Virus record (IMG/VR): IMGVR_UViG_3300027852_000073
Reading direction: 5' to 3' (one strand)
Source of the DNA: a virus
Length of the DNA stretch: 43,309 nucleotides
In this document: positions 7,328 to 16,158 of the stretch, in pieces
Layout: each line of letters opens with the position of its first letter
Numbering within the stretch: the stretch's first letter is position 1
Notes under the pieces: generated by a model
The model's database searches: none
What the model saw: only the letters and a program-made list of their open reading frames with translations
What the model was told of the DNA's origin: nothing
Made by a program: the position numbers and the translations under genes

Positions 7328-8605
7328 ATGGCTTCCTCAACAGGTAAAGTCGCTGAAGTAATGTTTGAAAAATTTAAGGATACTTATGAACACCAACTAT
7401 CTCTCCTTGATTTAGTTGATTTTCATGAACCAAACCAGAGTATGATGCAGAATGCCAGTAATGTGATTTGGTATCCTGTACAACAGCATGCCCCTGTAAT
7501 TGCAGGTTGGGATCTTACAGGTCTCGAAACCGGAATCATAGAAGAAACTTATCCAGCTGTTCTTGGAACTCCTAACAACGATTTTGTACAGATGAGAGCA
7601 GATGATTTAAGGAGTATGCGTTTCTGGGAACGTCGAGCTGAAACATCGGGCAAACGCCAAGCTACTGAGTTGAACTCAGATATTGCAAGTGCAATTGCTA
7701 CTCAAGCTGCTATGTTTTATAGATCTAATGCAACAAGTGGTTATGAGTTCATTGCTGAAGCCCAAGCAATGATGAATGAACGACAAGCTAATCAATCTAG
7801 TAGGTTTTTCTGTATTAATGACAGAGATAACCTCATTTTTGGAAGTGATTTAGCTGCTCGTCAAACTGTTCAAGGTAGACCTGCAGAAACTTGGAAAACA
7901 GGACAAATTGGGAAAAATGTAGCTGAATTCGATGTTTATGTCGGCTCTTTTCTGCCCAATATTACAGGGGGCGCTGATCCAGCTGTAACAATTACAGGTG
8001 ATCAACTTTTTGTACCTTCAGGTGGTTCTGTAAATGCTACTACACGAGTTGTAACAAATGTTGATTATCGTGAAGCAGATTTGGTAGTTAATAACTCTGC
8101 CCTTCTTACGGTTGGAGATAAATTTACTATCCAAAATGCTGCAGTCGACATTGAGTCAATCGGCCTCGCAGATAAAATTTCTACAGGTCAAGCAATGATT
8201 TTCACAGTAATTGAGTTAACAGATGCAACTCATATTAAAATTTACCCAAAACCAATTGCAGCAGATCAAGCAGGGATTACAACGCTTGAAGCAGCTTATG
8301 CTAATATTGATACAGCTATTCTTGATGCAGCTACTATTACTCGTATTAATATTGATGCTACCAAAAAGACCAATCTCTTTTGGGATCGGGATGCTGTTGA
8401 AGTAATTGGTGGTACAATTCCTGGTGAGCTCTTTAAACAGTATGATGGTATGAGAGTTATTACAGATACTATGTCAAATGGTCTTACACTTTATATGGTT
8501 TATGATGGTGATATTTCTACTATGAATTTCCGGTTCAGACTATTTACTTGGTATGGAATTACTGTTAACAATCCTGGGAATTGTGGTGTTGCAGTTTCTT
8601 TCTAA
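7328..8605 (+). CDS. Major capsid (coat) protein, P22 gp5 type
   Basis: Blocks SNVIWYPVQQHAPVIAGWDLTG, PNNDFVQMRADDLRS, TNLFWDRDAVEVIGGTIP and TWYGITV correspond to P22 coat blocks as I recall them. 425 aa, against 430 for P22. Confidence 0.93.
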   Translation: MASSTGKVAEVMFEKFKDTYEHQLSLLDLVDFHEPNQSMMQNASNVIWYPVQQHAPVIAGWDLTGLETGIIEETYPAVLGTPNNDFVQMRADDLRSMRFWERRAETSGKRQATELNSDIASAIATQAAMFYRSNATSGYEFIAEAQAMMNERQANQSSRFFCINDRDNLIFGSDLAARQTVQGRPAETWKTGQIGKNVAEFDVYVGSFLPNITGGADPAVTITGDQLFVPSGGSVNATTRVVTNVDYREADLVVNNSALLTVGDKFTIQNAAVDIESIGLADKISTGQAMIFTVIELTDATHIKIYPKPIAADQAGITTLEAAYANIDTAILDAATITRINIDATKKTNLFWDRDAVEVIGGTIPGELFKQYDGMRVITDTMSNGLTLYMVYDGDISTMNFRFRLFTWYGITVNNPGNCGVAVSF

Positions 8606-8636
8606 ATTTAACCTTTAAATAAGGTATAAAAACCTT

Positions 8637-8662
8637 TGGGCAGGACTTAAAAGTCCTGCCCA
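8637..8662 (+). promoter_or_regulatory. 11-bp-stem hairpin immediately 3' of the coat gene (possible RNA stabiliser or partial terminator)
   Basis: TGGGCAGGACT (8637..8647), loop TAAA, AGTCCTGCCCA (8652..8662). No U-tract follows. Confidence 0.5.
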
Positions 8663-8683
8663 ATGAATAAGGAGAAATTAAAA

Positions 8684-9052
8684 ATGGCAAATGCTAAATT
8701 TCTTGAATTTGTGCATCATAATTTGGTAACAGAAAATGAGGCAGATCTTACTTCAACTGTTGCTGCTGATGTACTTGTTATTCCGACTTCTCAACCTTAT
8801 GTTTCTAAGACGACAGGTGCTGATGCTGAAGCTCTTACTCTGGCAAATGGTGAACCAGGGCAGATTTTGGTTGTTAATCTTGTAACAGATGGTGGAGGAA
8901 CAGGAACACTTACCCCGGCTACTTCAACAGGATGGGCAACTATTGCTTTTGCTGATGCTGGTGATCAAGCTGTGTTACTATATGTTAATGATACAATGGG
9001 TTGGATTATTTTGAGTACATTTGGTTTAACTGCTCAACCAACTGTTGCTTAA
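8684..9052 (+). CDS. Hypothetical virion-module protein, 122 aa (possible decoration protein)
   Basis: ATG at 8684 is preceded by AAGGAG with a 9-nt spacing, which I prefer to the track start at 8663. The protein is rich in Ala, Thr, Gly and Val. Confidence 0.75.
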   Translation: MANAKFLEFVHHNLVTENEADLTSTVAADVLVIPTSQPYVSKTTGADAEALTLANGEPGQILVVNLVTDGGGTGTLTPATSTGWATIAFADAGDQAVLLYVNDTMGWIILSTFGLTAQPTVA

Positions 9053-9104
9053 CATTCTACCTGGTAAGTTTAATAACTTGCTATGAACAAGGAGAATAAA
9101 AACT

Positions 9105-9986
9105 ATGGCAAAAGATTTTTATCATACAGGTTTAAAAACCTCTAGAAGTCAACTTAAAGGTTTGGTGGATATGCAAAATCCATCTGATAAAATTTATGTT
9201 GCTCCTTGGGGATCTAATGGGTATGATGGGGCTAATTGGGAAAAACCTCTTTATACAATTGTTGAAGCAATCAGAAGAAATAATTTAGCAATTGACTGGA
9301 GTGCAAGTCCATGGGCTCCAAATTGGGAAATTCATATTGCTCCAGGAAAATATACAGATGCTATAACATCTATGCCTTATGGTTCTGCATTAATTGGTCA
9401 TGGAGATGCTTTTGATGCGGATGGTGAACGTAGTGTTCGTATTAAACCTGCTTCTGGTGGTGCAATTGCTTGTACTTCTATTATTAATACAGCAATGGTT
9501 AATCTTAATATTCAAGTAGCTGATGCTTCTAAAATTATTGAAGCAACTAATTTCAATAATAATCAGATGATTCATTGTTCTATCCAAGGTCCACCTGAAG
9601 CTACTACAGCTACTTGTGGTTTGAGTCTTACAGATGCTGTTTCAAATCTTATCCGTGATTGTCAGTTCTATTATATGGATTGTGGCATAGATTGGACTGC
9701 TGGTGGCGGTCCCACTTCTGTAAGAAATTGGATTGACCGCAATGTTTTTTCTTTTATTTCTGAAGCAGGTATCAGATTCCATTCAACTACTGTTTGCCCT
9801 TCAACTATGATTACCGAGAATTTTATTGATGGTGGTTCAGGTACTCTGGCAATTGGAATTGATATTAATATGGGTACTCCTACTGTTAGTTGTTATCGTA
9901 ATACTATTTCAGCTACAGACGGTATTGAAGGTGATACTACCGGCAATTTCATTGGTGGCAATTACTGTAATGGAGTATTAGAATAA
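9105..9986 (+). CDS. Right-handed beta-helix (pectin-lyase-fold / DUF1565-like) protein
   Basis: The N-terminal motif IYVAPWGSNGYDGANWEKPLYTIVEAI resembles DUF1565-type beta-helix proteins. Short repetitive turns rich in Gly, Asn and Cys follow. Confidence 0.6.
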   Translation: MAKDFYHTGLKTSRSQLKGLVDMQNPSDKIYVAPWGSNGYDGANWEKPLYTIVEAIRRNNLAIDWSASPWAPNWEIHIAPGKYTDAITSMPYGSALIGHGDAFDADGERSVRIKPASGGAIACTSIINTAMVNLNIQVADASKIIEATNFNNNQMIHCSIQGPPEATTATCGLSLTDAVSNLIRDCQFYYMDCGIDWTAGGGPTSVRNWIDRNVFSFISEAGIRFHSTTVCPSTMITENFIDGGSGTLAIGIDINMGTPTVSCYRNTISATDGIEGDTTGNFIGGNYCNGVLE

Positions 9987-9987
9987 A

Positions 9988-10164
9988 ATGGCAGATAACC
10001 TCAATGTTTATAAGTATTGTGAACGTTGTAAGGGAACAGGAGAAGTTGTTTCAAATCAACCTCCGCAAGAAGGACTTTATACACCAGTAATGGTTACTTG
10101 CAATCGCTGTGATGGTGAAGGAAAACATTTATGGGGAATTATGTTAGAAGAGGAAGATGAATAA
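9988..10164 (+). CDS. Small DnaJ-type zinc-finger protein, 58 aa (below the ORF-track size cutoff)
   Basis: Two CxxCxGxG motifs (CERCKGTG and CNRCDGEG). The ATG is 2 nt after the previous stop, and the ORF fills the gap to the next gene. Confidence 0.6.
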   Translation: MADNLNVYKYCERCKGTGEVVSNQPPQEGLYTPVMVTCNRCDGEGKHLWGIMLEEEDE

Positions 10165-10175
10165 CCTTTTAATTT

Positions 10176-10199
10176 AAGGGGAGCATTTTTGCTCCCCTT
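10176..10199 (+). promoter_or_regulatory. 9-bp GC-rich hairpin between the zinc-finger ORF and the gp4-like gene
   Basis: AAGGGGAGC (10176..10184), loop ATTTTT, GCTCCCCTT (10191..10199), followed directly by the AGGAG RBS. Confidence 0.45.
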
Positions 10200-10212
10200 A
10201 GGAGTAGTAATT

Positions 10213-10962
10213 ATGGCAGTTGGTGATACTAAAGGAGATATTTTAAATAGAGCTTTTTCAGCTCTAAGAATTTCAGGAATTACTGCTGATCCTTCTCCTG
10301 AGGATTTAGAGTTAGCTATAACCAAGCTCGAAAACATGGCTGCTGAATTTTCGGGAAGAAATATGAGTACTGGCTATGCTTTTGAGGATGACCCTGACCC
10401 TAATTGCCCACATAATTTAGATAGAAAATTCTGGCATTCATTTGATGTTAACCTAGCTGTTAGATTAATGCCAGATTATGGTAAGGGGTTTAAGCCTGAT
10501 GTTAGTCTAATAAGGCAAGCTTCAGCAGGTATTTCTTTTTTGGCATCAGCAACTGCTTTAGTTAAACAAGTTCAATACCCCGGTAGAATGCCTATGGGAA
10601 GTAGGTCAAAACTGGGTCAAAGATGGGGTAAATTTTATCGAGTGCAAAGTGAAGCTCCTAATTCATATTTGACTAAGACAATGTATATTGGGGACATAAA
10701 TGATTTTGTAGAACATTTTGACTCATACCTTAATACTGGTGAAGATGTTTCTTCTCATACAATTGAAGCAGAAACAGGACTCACAATAAATTCAGATTCT
10801 CTTGTTACTCCTGATGTTTTATATAATATAACTGCTGCAGGGACTTCTGATGGGACATCAGTTAGTATGATAAAAGTTAAAATTGTAGCAACAACTTCAG
10901 ATGGTAGGGTGGAAACAAGAATTATTAATTTTAGATTACTTGAGTCAGAAATAGATGATTAA
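10213..10962 (+). CDS. Head-to-tail adaptor, P22 gp4-like, with a C-terminal extension of about 90 aa
   Basis: KGDILNRAFSALRISG, LENMAAEF, LAVRLMPDYG and QYPGRMPMGS match P22 gp4 blocks as I recall them. I prefer the ATG at 10213 with an AGGAG RBS. Confidence 0.78.
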   Translation: MAVGDTKGDILNRAFSALRISGITADPSPEDLELAITKLENMAAEFSGRNMSTGYAFEDDPDPNCPHNLDRKFWHSFDVNLAVRLMPDYGKGFKPDVSLIRQASAGISFLASATALVKQVQYPGRMPMGSRSKLGQRWGKFYRVQSEAPNSYLTKTMYIGDINDFVEHFDSYLNTGEDVSSHTIEAETGLTINSDSLVTPDVLYNITAAGTSDGTSVSMIKVKIVATTSDGRVETRIINFRLLESEIDD

Positions 10963-10973
10963 GGGGGTTTGGT

Positions 10974-11285
10974 ATGAGCAACACAGTTAAAACTACAAAT
11001 AGAACTATTGAAGTAAGTGCAATAGATGAGGATTATATGATGGATCCAAATATCAATGTTCAGTCTGTTGTTTTTATACCAGGTGCAGCTAATGATGTAG
11101 TAGATATTATTGAAAATAGTATTCATGCTGTTAATCCTGTGAAAGTTAGATTAGTAAGTGGGGATGGTGAACCAAGAGGTTTGGTACTCAATCAACGATT
11201 GCAGTTGGGCTTTACTTTTGCTAATGGAACATTCTCTGGAGGATCAAAAGTAATTTTTAATATTGGTGAGTTAAAAGGGCAGTAA
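10974..11285 (+). CDS. Hypothetical structural-module protein, paralog A (103 aa)
   Basis: Clear similarity to the next ORF (TNRTIE.S.ID.DYMMD.NI.VQSVV.IPG ... NQRLQLGF ... KVIFNIGE). Confidence 0.8.
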   Translation: MSNTVKTTNRTIEVSAIDEDYMMDPNINVQSVVFIPGAANDVVDIIENSIHAVNPVKVRLVSGDGEPRGLVLNQRLQLGFTFANGTFSGGSKVIFNIGELKGQ

Positions 11286-11286
11286 T

Positions 11287-11670
11287 ATGGCTAATACAAT
11301 TAAAATCACAAATAGAACTATTGAAATAAGTGATATAGATTCTGATTATATGATGGATCAAAATATTGATGTTCAATCTGTTGTTCTTATACCTGGTACA
11401 GCAGCTAAACTAGATAATTATGTAAATATAATTGAGAATAGTATTCATGATACTGATCCTGTAAAAGTCTTATTAATTTCTTCAATAAGTAAAGCTGAAT
11501 CAAGAATGTGGATATTTAACCAACGATTACAGTTGGGTTTTGTTTATAATAACTGTGTTTTTGAAACAGGAGCAAAAGTAATTTTTAATATTGGTGAAAT
11601 TAAATTTGGTAATAATTATAGTACTACTCAAATGAAAATGCAATTTAGTGCAGAGAACGTTATACTATAG
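11287..11670 (+). CDS. Hypothetical structural-module protein, paralog B (127 aa)
   Basis: Tandem paralog of 10974..11285. Its start is 1 nt after the preceding stop. Confidence 0.8.
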   Translation: MANTIKITNRTIEISDIDSDYMMDQNIDVQSVVLIPGTAAKLDNYVNIIENSIHDTDPVKVLLISSISKAESRMWIFNQRLQLGFVYNNCVFETGAKVIFNIGEIKFGNNYSTTQMKMQFSAENVIL

Positions 11671-11767
11671 AGCTAAACAGACTGATAAAATGGCAATTTT
11701 CAGTAACGAGAAACAATGACGGATTTATTAAATAAATATTAGCAGAGAAGGCGTAAAAGAGGATATA

Positions 11768-12109
11768 ATGGCAATAACAGCAGAAAAAGAACTGGACTAT
11801 CCGGAAGCTGCAGATTCAGACATTAAGAAAATGGAATACCTTTACAGTCTAAAGGATAAGCTAAAAGATTTGTACAATCTATTTAGTAAGTGGGCGAGCG
11901 TCGGGATAACGAAAGCCGAACATGGTACTATCCCTGACAGGTTAAAGGCCAGTTACCCTTACACTGAGAAAATTACCAGCGAGACTTTTAAGAAATATCT
12001 AGCTGAAGAAGCTGAAGAAGTCGAGACAGTTATTTTTGCGGACATAAATGCCATCAAAGGTAGGTTTCTGGCAAGCACGACTTATGAACTAACCACAAAG
12101 GACGTATAG
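11768..12109 (+). CDS. Hypothetical protein (113 aa)
   Basis: ORF with an AAGAGGA RBS in the structural operon. Confidence 0.75.
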   Translation: MAITAEKELDYPEAADSDIKKMEYLYSLKDKLKDLYNLFSKWASVGITKAEHGTIPDRLKASYPYTEKITSETFKKYLAEEAEEVETVIFADINAIKGRFLASTTYELTTKDV

Positions 12110-12825
12110 TGGCTACAGAAGATTTTACAACTTATACTGAACAAGACCACGCTGCCAATGCAATTAGCATTGATGATGCTAACACAATAACCGTTACTGA
12201 ACATCAGCGTGATTATCAAGACGAAACATGGGTTGTGAAAGATAAAACCGCCGATCATTTTTCCAGTGATTTTACTCATACGATCAAACTTATGATAACG
12301 GCTAAAAGCGGTGAATTCCCGTTGTTTATGCCCTGGCTGATAGCAAACCAAGTGGATAGTTGGGATGATATTCGTTCAGAAAGTGATGACGACCAAGATT
12401 TAAGTATCTATAACGATAAATTCAGAATAGGTGTTGTTGAGAATGGCGGGTATACTCACAGTGACACGGCTAACAGCTATACACAGGATGTCCAATATTA
12501 TATAACCGTTGAGCGTGATGATGACGGTGGAGTGAATAATACAGGCCGACTTACAATGCGGATTCATACCGTTAATTATTACGGAGAAGCCGGTTCTGTA
12601 GAATTGGAGACTGAGACTGTTGATTGTGCGGCAGGACAGCAAAACGATTTCCAGTACATATATGCTGTTAATGGATATTATGCTGTGGCAAATACATCTT
12701 ATTACTCTTACGTTGTTGAAGATTTAGACTTGAATGAAGGTGCACCATCAGGTGCAATCCCCCTACTTGTAGGTGGCGGAATGGGGCAAACAATGGGAAG
12801 TAACTGTAATTTAATGACAGGATAA
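12109..12825 (+). CDS. Hypothetical virion-module protein (238 aa), GTG start overlapping the preceding stop
   Basis: A long ORF in the operon. It is acidic and rich in Tyr, Asp and Thr. Confidence 0.75.
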   Translation: MATEDFTTYTEQDHAANAISIDDANTITVTEHQRDYQDETWVVKDKTADHFSSDFTHTIKLMITAKSGEFPLFMPWLIANQVDSWDDIRSESDDDQDLSIYNDKFRIGVVENGGYTHSDTANSYTQDVQYYITVERDDDGGVNNTGRLTMRIHTVNYYGEAGSVELETETVDCAAGQQNDFQYIYAVNGYYAVANTSYYSYVVEDLDLNEGAPSGAIPLLVGGGMGQTMGSNCNLMTG

Positions 12826-12829
12826 AACT

Positions 12830-14047
12830 ATGAAACAGGAAGTCAAGCAAGGACAAACAGATTATACAACATTTGTACTTGTAAGAGATACCTCTGGTAA
12901 TGCAAAGACAGGACTTGCTTTTGGAGATATTGATCTTGCATATGCCAGGGTTGAGACTGACAACGACGTAACGACGACTGATGTAGCTCCAGCAGATTTA
13001 ACAACTCCGGCTCTTACAGACCCACATCTTGACTGGGGTTTTCTTGAAGTAAGTTCAGGCGATCACCCAGGACTTTACAGACTTGACTATGCTGATGCTG
13101 TGTTTGCTTCAGGAGCTTGGAGCGCTGTTGTTACGCTAACGGGGACAGGACTTGAGCCCTCTCATATGGAATTTGTGCTTGTGCCAGAAGCCCCTTATGA
13201 TGGTGTTCATGTTAATACTCTTTCCGCAGATTCAATTACAGCAGCAGCCATAGCTAATGCTGCCATTGATAATGCCACCTTTGCGGCTGATGTTGGTTCC
13301 ACGGCACATGGCACAAATATAATAGCTCTTGCTTGCCGGAAAATTCTTGAAGAACTTAACCTTGACCATTTGCTTAAAGTGGATACAACTGTTGCCGCTG
13401 ATGGAGATTTAGAAGATTATTGTGTAGCTGGAACAATATTTGCACATCTTCTTGCTGCGAGTGCAGATGCAACAGATTATAAGGCCTCTACTGATTCACT
13501 TGAGAAAATAGGGACAGAGATCGCTAAGATCGGAACCATACCAGCATTAGACGGAGGGGCACAAACAATAGGTGCTGCCATAGGAAAACTTGCTGATGAC
13601 AATGGTGGAGCTACGTTTAACGCAGGCGAAGACAGCCTTAATAAAATAAGGGATGATAGAACACTTGCTGCTGCTGATTATGTTGTGGTCGGTGACACAA
13701 TAGCAGGTGTTACGCTTTGTGGGACTACTACTACTAATACAGATATGAGGGGTACTGATGGAGCAAATACTACTGTTCCTGATGCAGCTGGTACTTTAGC
13801 TGCTTATGATCCACCAACAAAAACTGAAATGGATGCAGCTCATGCATTATTAGCTACTGAAGCCAAGCAGGACATTATAGATACAATTCTAGATAGAATA
13901 ACCATTGCTTTAGTCAATAAAATGATTATTACTGAGGCCAATGGAAATACAGAACAATTTAATGATGCAGATGGCTCTCTTGGATCCATAGCAGCAGCCT
14001 TTAGTTCTGATGGGACATTTACAACAAGAAAACGGATGGTGATATGA
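12830..14047 (+). CDS. Putative fibre or surface protein rich in Ala, Thr and Asp (405 aa)
   Basis: A long ORF with low-complexity Ala/Thr/Asp/Gly tracts following a compact N-terminal domain. G+C is higher than in flanking genes. Confidence 0.6.
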   Translation: MKQEVKQGQTDYTTFVLVRDTSGNAKTGLAFGDIDLAYARVETDNDVTTTDVAPADLTTPALTDPHLDWGFLEVSSGDHPGLYRLDYADAVFASGAWSAVVTLTGTGLEPSHMEFVLVPEAPYDGVHVNTLSADSITAAAIANAAIDNATFAADVGSTAHGTNIIALACRKILEELNLDHLLKVDTTVAADGDLEDYCVAGTIFAHLLAASADATDYKASTDSLEKIGTEIAKIGTIPALDGGAQTIGAAIGKLADDNGGATFNAGEDSLNKIRDDRTLAAADYVVVGDTIAGVTLCGTTTTNTDMRGTDGANTTVPDAAGTLAAYDPPTKTEMDAAHALLATEAKQDIIDTILDRITIALVNKMIITEANGNTEQFNDADGSLGSIAAAFSSDGTFTTRKRMVI

Positions 14048-14565
14048 ACTATAAAGAATTATTTAAGCCTTATACTCGTGATGGACATACATTAGAAGCT
14101 TCTATAGCTTACCTTAAGAAAACTGCTGCGACTAGTAATATACCAAAGGAAGTAGTAGAAGAAGCTATTTATGATATATTTAGTCGCGTATCAAAGGGAG
14201 AAAAATTTTCATTAACTAAGTGCCCTTGTGGTTGTGGGATTGATAAGGCTGGTACAGCTATTGTTCATGCCATGCGTGATCGAATGTTTGAGATACTGTA
14301 TGAAAGAATTAAAATATACTATAAAACTATAAACAAAGTACAAGGAGAAGAATTACAAATAGAAGAAGACTTATTTGATTTGCTCAATTTAATTTATGAA
14401 AAGGTGGATACTCAGAAAGATAGAGAAATAAGGCAGATACAGTTTGAGCAAAATAGATCTTCTTTGAGGCATCCAATAAAAGTAGGGTGGCCTAAATTAA
14501 AAAACAAATTGCCTGAATGGCCTAAAATAAAAACTGCATTAACTAGACAAATTAAATGGATTTAA
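14044..14565 (+). CDS. Hypothetical protein (173 aa) with a CPCGCG motif
   Basis: ATGA overlap with the upstream gene. Confidence 0.75.
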   Translation: MNYKELFKPYTRDGHTLEASIAYLKKTAATSNIPKEVVEEAIYDIFSRVSKGEKFSLTKCPCGCGIDKAGTAIVHAMRDRMFEILYERIKIYYKTINKVQGEELQIEEDLFDLLNLIYEKVDTQKDREIRQIQFEQNRSSLRHPIKVGWPKLKNKLPEWPKIKTALTRQIKWI

Positions 14566-14568
14566 ACA

Positions 14569-14733
14569 ATGGATTTTTTTGCAATAGCAAGTTTAGGAAG
14601 CTATCCTACTCCTACTCCTACTGATAGCGAACGGATGGCTTTTGCAGTTTCTTACGGTCTTTTAGATACTTTAGAAGAAGTTGTTTTTACGTGCAGTATT
14701 TTTAAATTCTGTCTTACATTAGACTTAGGTTAA
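14569..14733 (+). CDS. Possible small ORF (54 aa) filling the 14566..14742 gap
   Basis: The ATG is 3 nt after the previous stop, and the ORF ends 9 nt before the next start. There is no clear SD. Confidence 0.35.
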   Translation: MDFFAIASLGSYPTPTPTDSERMAFAVSYGLLDTLEEVVFTCSIFKFCLTLDLG

Positions 14734-14742
14734 GAGGTTTAA

Positions 14743-16158
14743 ATGCCAATAGCACCTATTACATTAATAAAAGGGGATAAAGTAAGCTCTTTAATAGATT
14801 ATAGAGATGCTTTATCAGTAAATATGTATGCAGTTGAAAAAAATATTTTAGGAGCTCAAGGGTATATGTTAGCGTATCCAGGACTCACTTCTTTTGGTAC
14901 TAGTTTAGGTGTGGATCGTGGAGCAAATTATAATGAAAGATTTAGCAACCATTTTAGAGTTTCTGGAACAAATTTAATATCTGTATCTTCTGCAGGTATA
15001 GTTACTAATTTGGGCACAGTTCCCGGAATTTCTCAATGTCGTTTACAAGATTTTTATAGTTTTAATACTCAAGGTATAATAGCTGATGGAAAAATGTTTT
15101 TGTATGATACTGTTGGTGGTTTTAGAGAAGTAATTGATGCTGATCTTGGAAATCCTATTGATGGAGTTTGGGTTGATGGTTATTATTTTTTAACAGATGG
15201 TGAATATATTTATCATACTGATATTGCCGATGAAGAGTCTATTGATCCTTTAAAATTTGCTACAGCAGAATTTATGCCAGATCCTTCTCTTGGTATTGGA
15301 AAAACATCAGATAATAAAGTTATAGTATTTGGAAGATATACAATAGAATATTTTTCAAATGATGCTTCTGTAAATTTTGCTTTCACACGAATAGTTACTA
15401 GAGCTCAAAAAATTGGCATAGTAGCTACTCATGCTAAATGTGAATCTAAAAATGTTTGGTATATTACAGGTGGAAGAAGAGAGGATGCTATATCAGTTCA
15501 TAGGTTAGCACATAGTATTTCTGAAAAAGTATCTACACGTGAAATCGATATATTGCTTAAACAGTATACAGAACCTGAATTAGCAGATATAAGAATGGAA
15601 GTACGAATGGAAGATAATATAACTTTTATACTTATTCATTTACCAAATGAAACACTTTGTTTTAATGAAACTATTTCATCAGTGATGGGTTTACAATATG
15701 CATGGTCTATTTTAAAAACTGATATAGATGGCAATGCTCCATATAGAGCAATTAATGGAGTACTCGATGCTAGAAATTCTTTATGGATATATGGTGATAA
15801 AGTAGATACACATCTTGGAAAATTAGATGAGTCAGTAGTAACCCATTACGGTGATAAAGTTGAATGGATATTATTTACCCCCTTTTTAAATTTAGATGGG
15901 ATGTCAATTGATGAGGTAGAAATAGCAATTATCCCGGGATTTAACATAATCGATGATGCTACTATAGCTATTTCACTTACAAATAATGGTTTAACTTATG
16001 GAAGAGAGTATTTGTTAAAATATAGTGAACCTTTAGATTACGGTAAAAGGTTTTTTATTAGACGTCTTGGGTATATAAGAGATTATGTTGGTTTTAAACT
16101 TAGAGGTATTTCTACATCTAAAATGGCATTTGCATTAATGAAGGTTACTTATGACTGA
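14743..16158 (+). CDS. Tail hub protein, P22 gp10-like
   Basis: 471 aa, against 472 for P22 gp10. Shared blocks as I recall them: MPI..., DY.D.L.VNM, YTIEYFS, ILIHLP, ILFTPFL, NGLTYGREY, LGYIRDYVGFKLRG. Confidence 0.85.
   Translation: MPIAPITLIKGDKVSSLIDYRDALSVNMYAVEKNILGAQGYMLAYPGLTSFGTSLGVDRGANYNERFSNHFRVSGTNLISVSSAGIVTNLGTVPGISQCRLQDFYSFNTQGIIADGKMFLYDTVGGFREVIDADLGNPIDGVWVDGYYFLTDGEYIYHTDIADEESIDPLKFATAEFMPDPSLGIGKTSDNKVIVFGRYTIEYFSNDASVNFAFTRIVTRAQKIGIVATHAKCESKNVWYITGGRREDAISVHRLAHSISEKVSTREIDILLKQYTEPELADIRMEVRMEDNITFILIHLPNETLCFNETISSVMGLQYAWSILKTDIDGNAPYRAINGVLDARNSLWIYGDKVDTHLGKLDESVVTHYGDKVEWILFTPFLNLDGMSIDEVEIAIIPGFNIIDDATIAISLTNNGLTYGREYLLKYSEPLDYGKRFFIRRLGYIRDYVGFKLRGISTSKMAFALMKVTYD

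Noticed and set aside
9699-9706. An exact E. coli Chi octamer, GCTGGTGG
   Set aside because: It is a single occurrence inside a coding region (Ala-Gly-Gly codons). The host is unknown and there is no evidence that it uses this Chi sequence.
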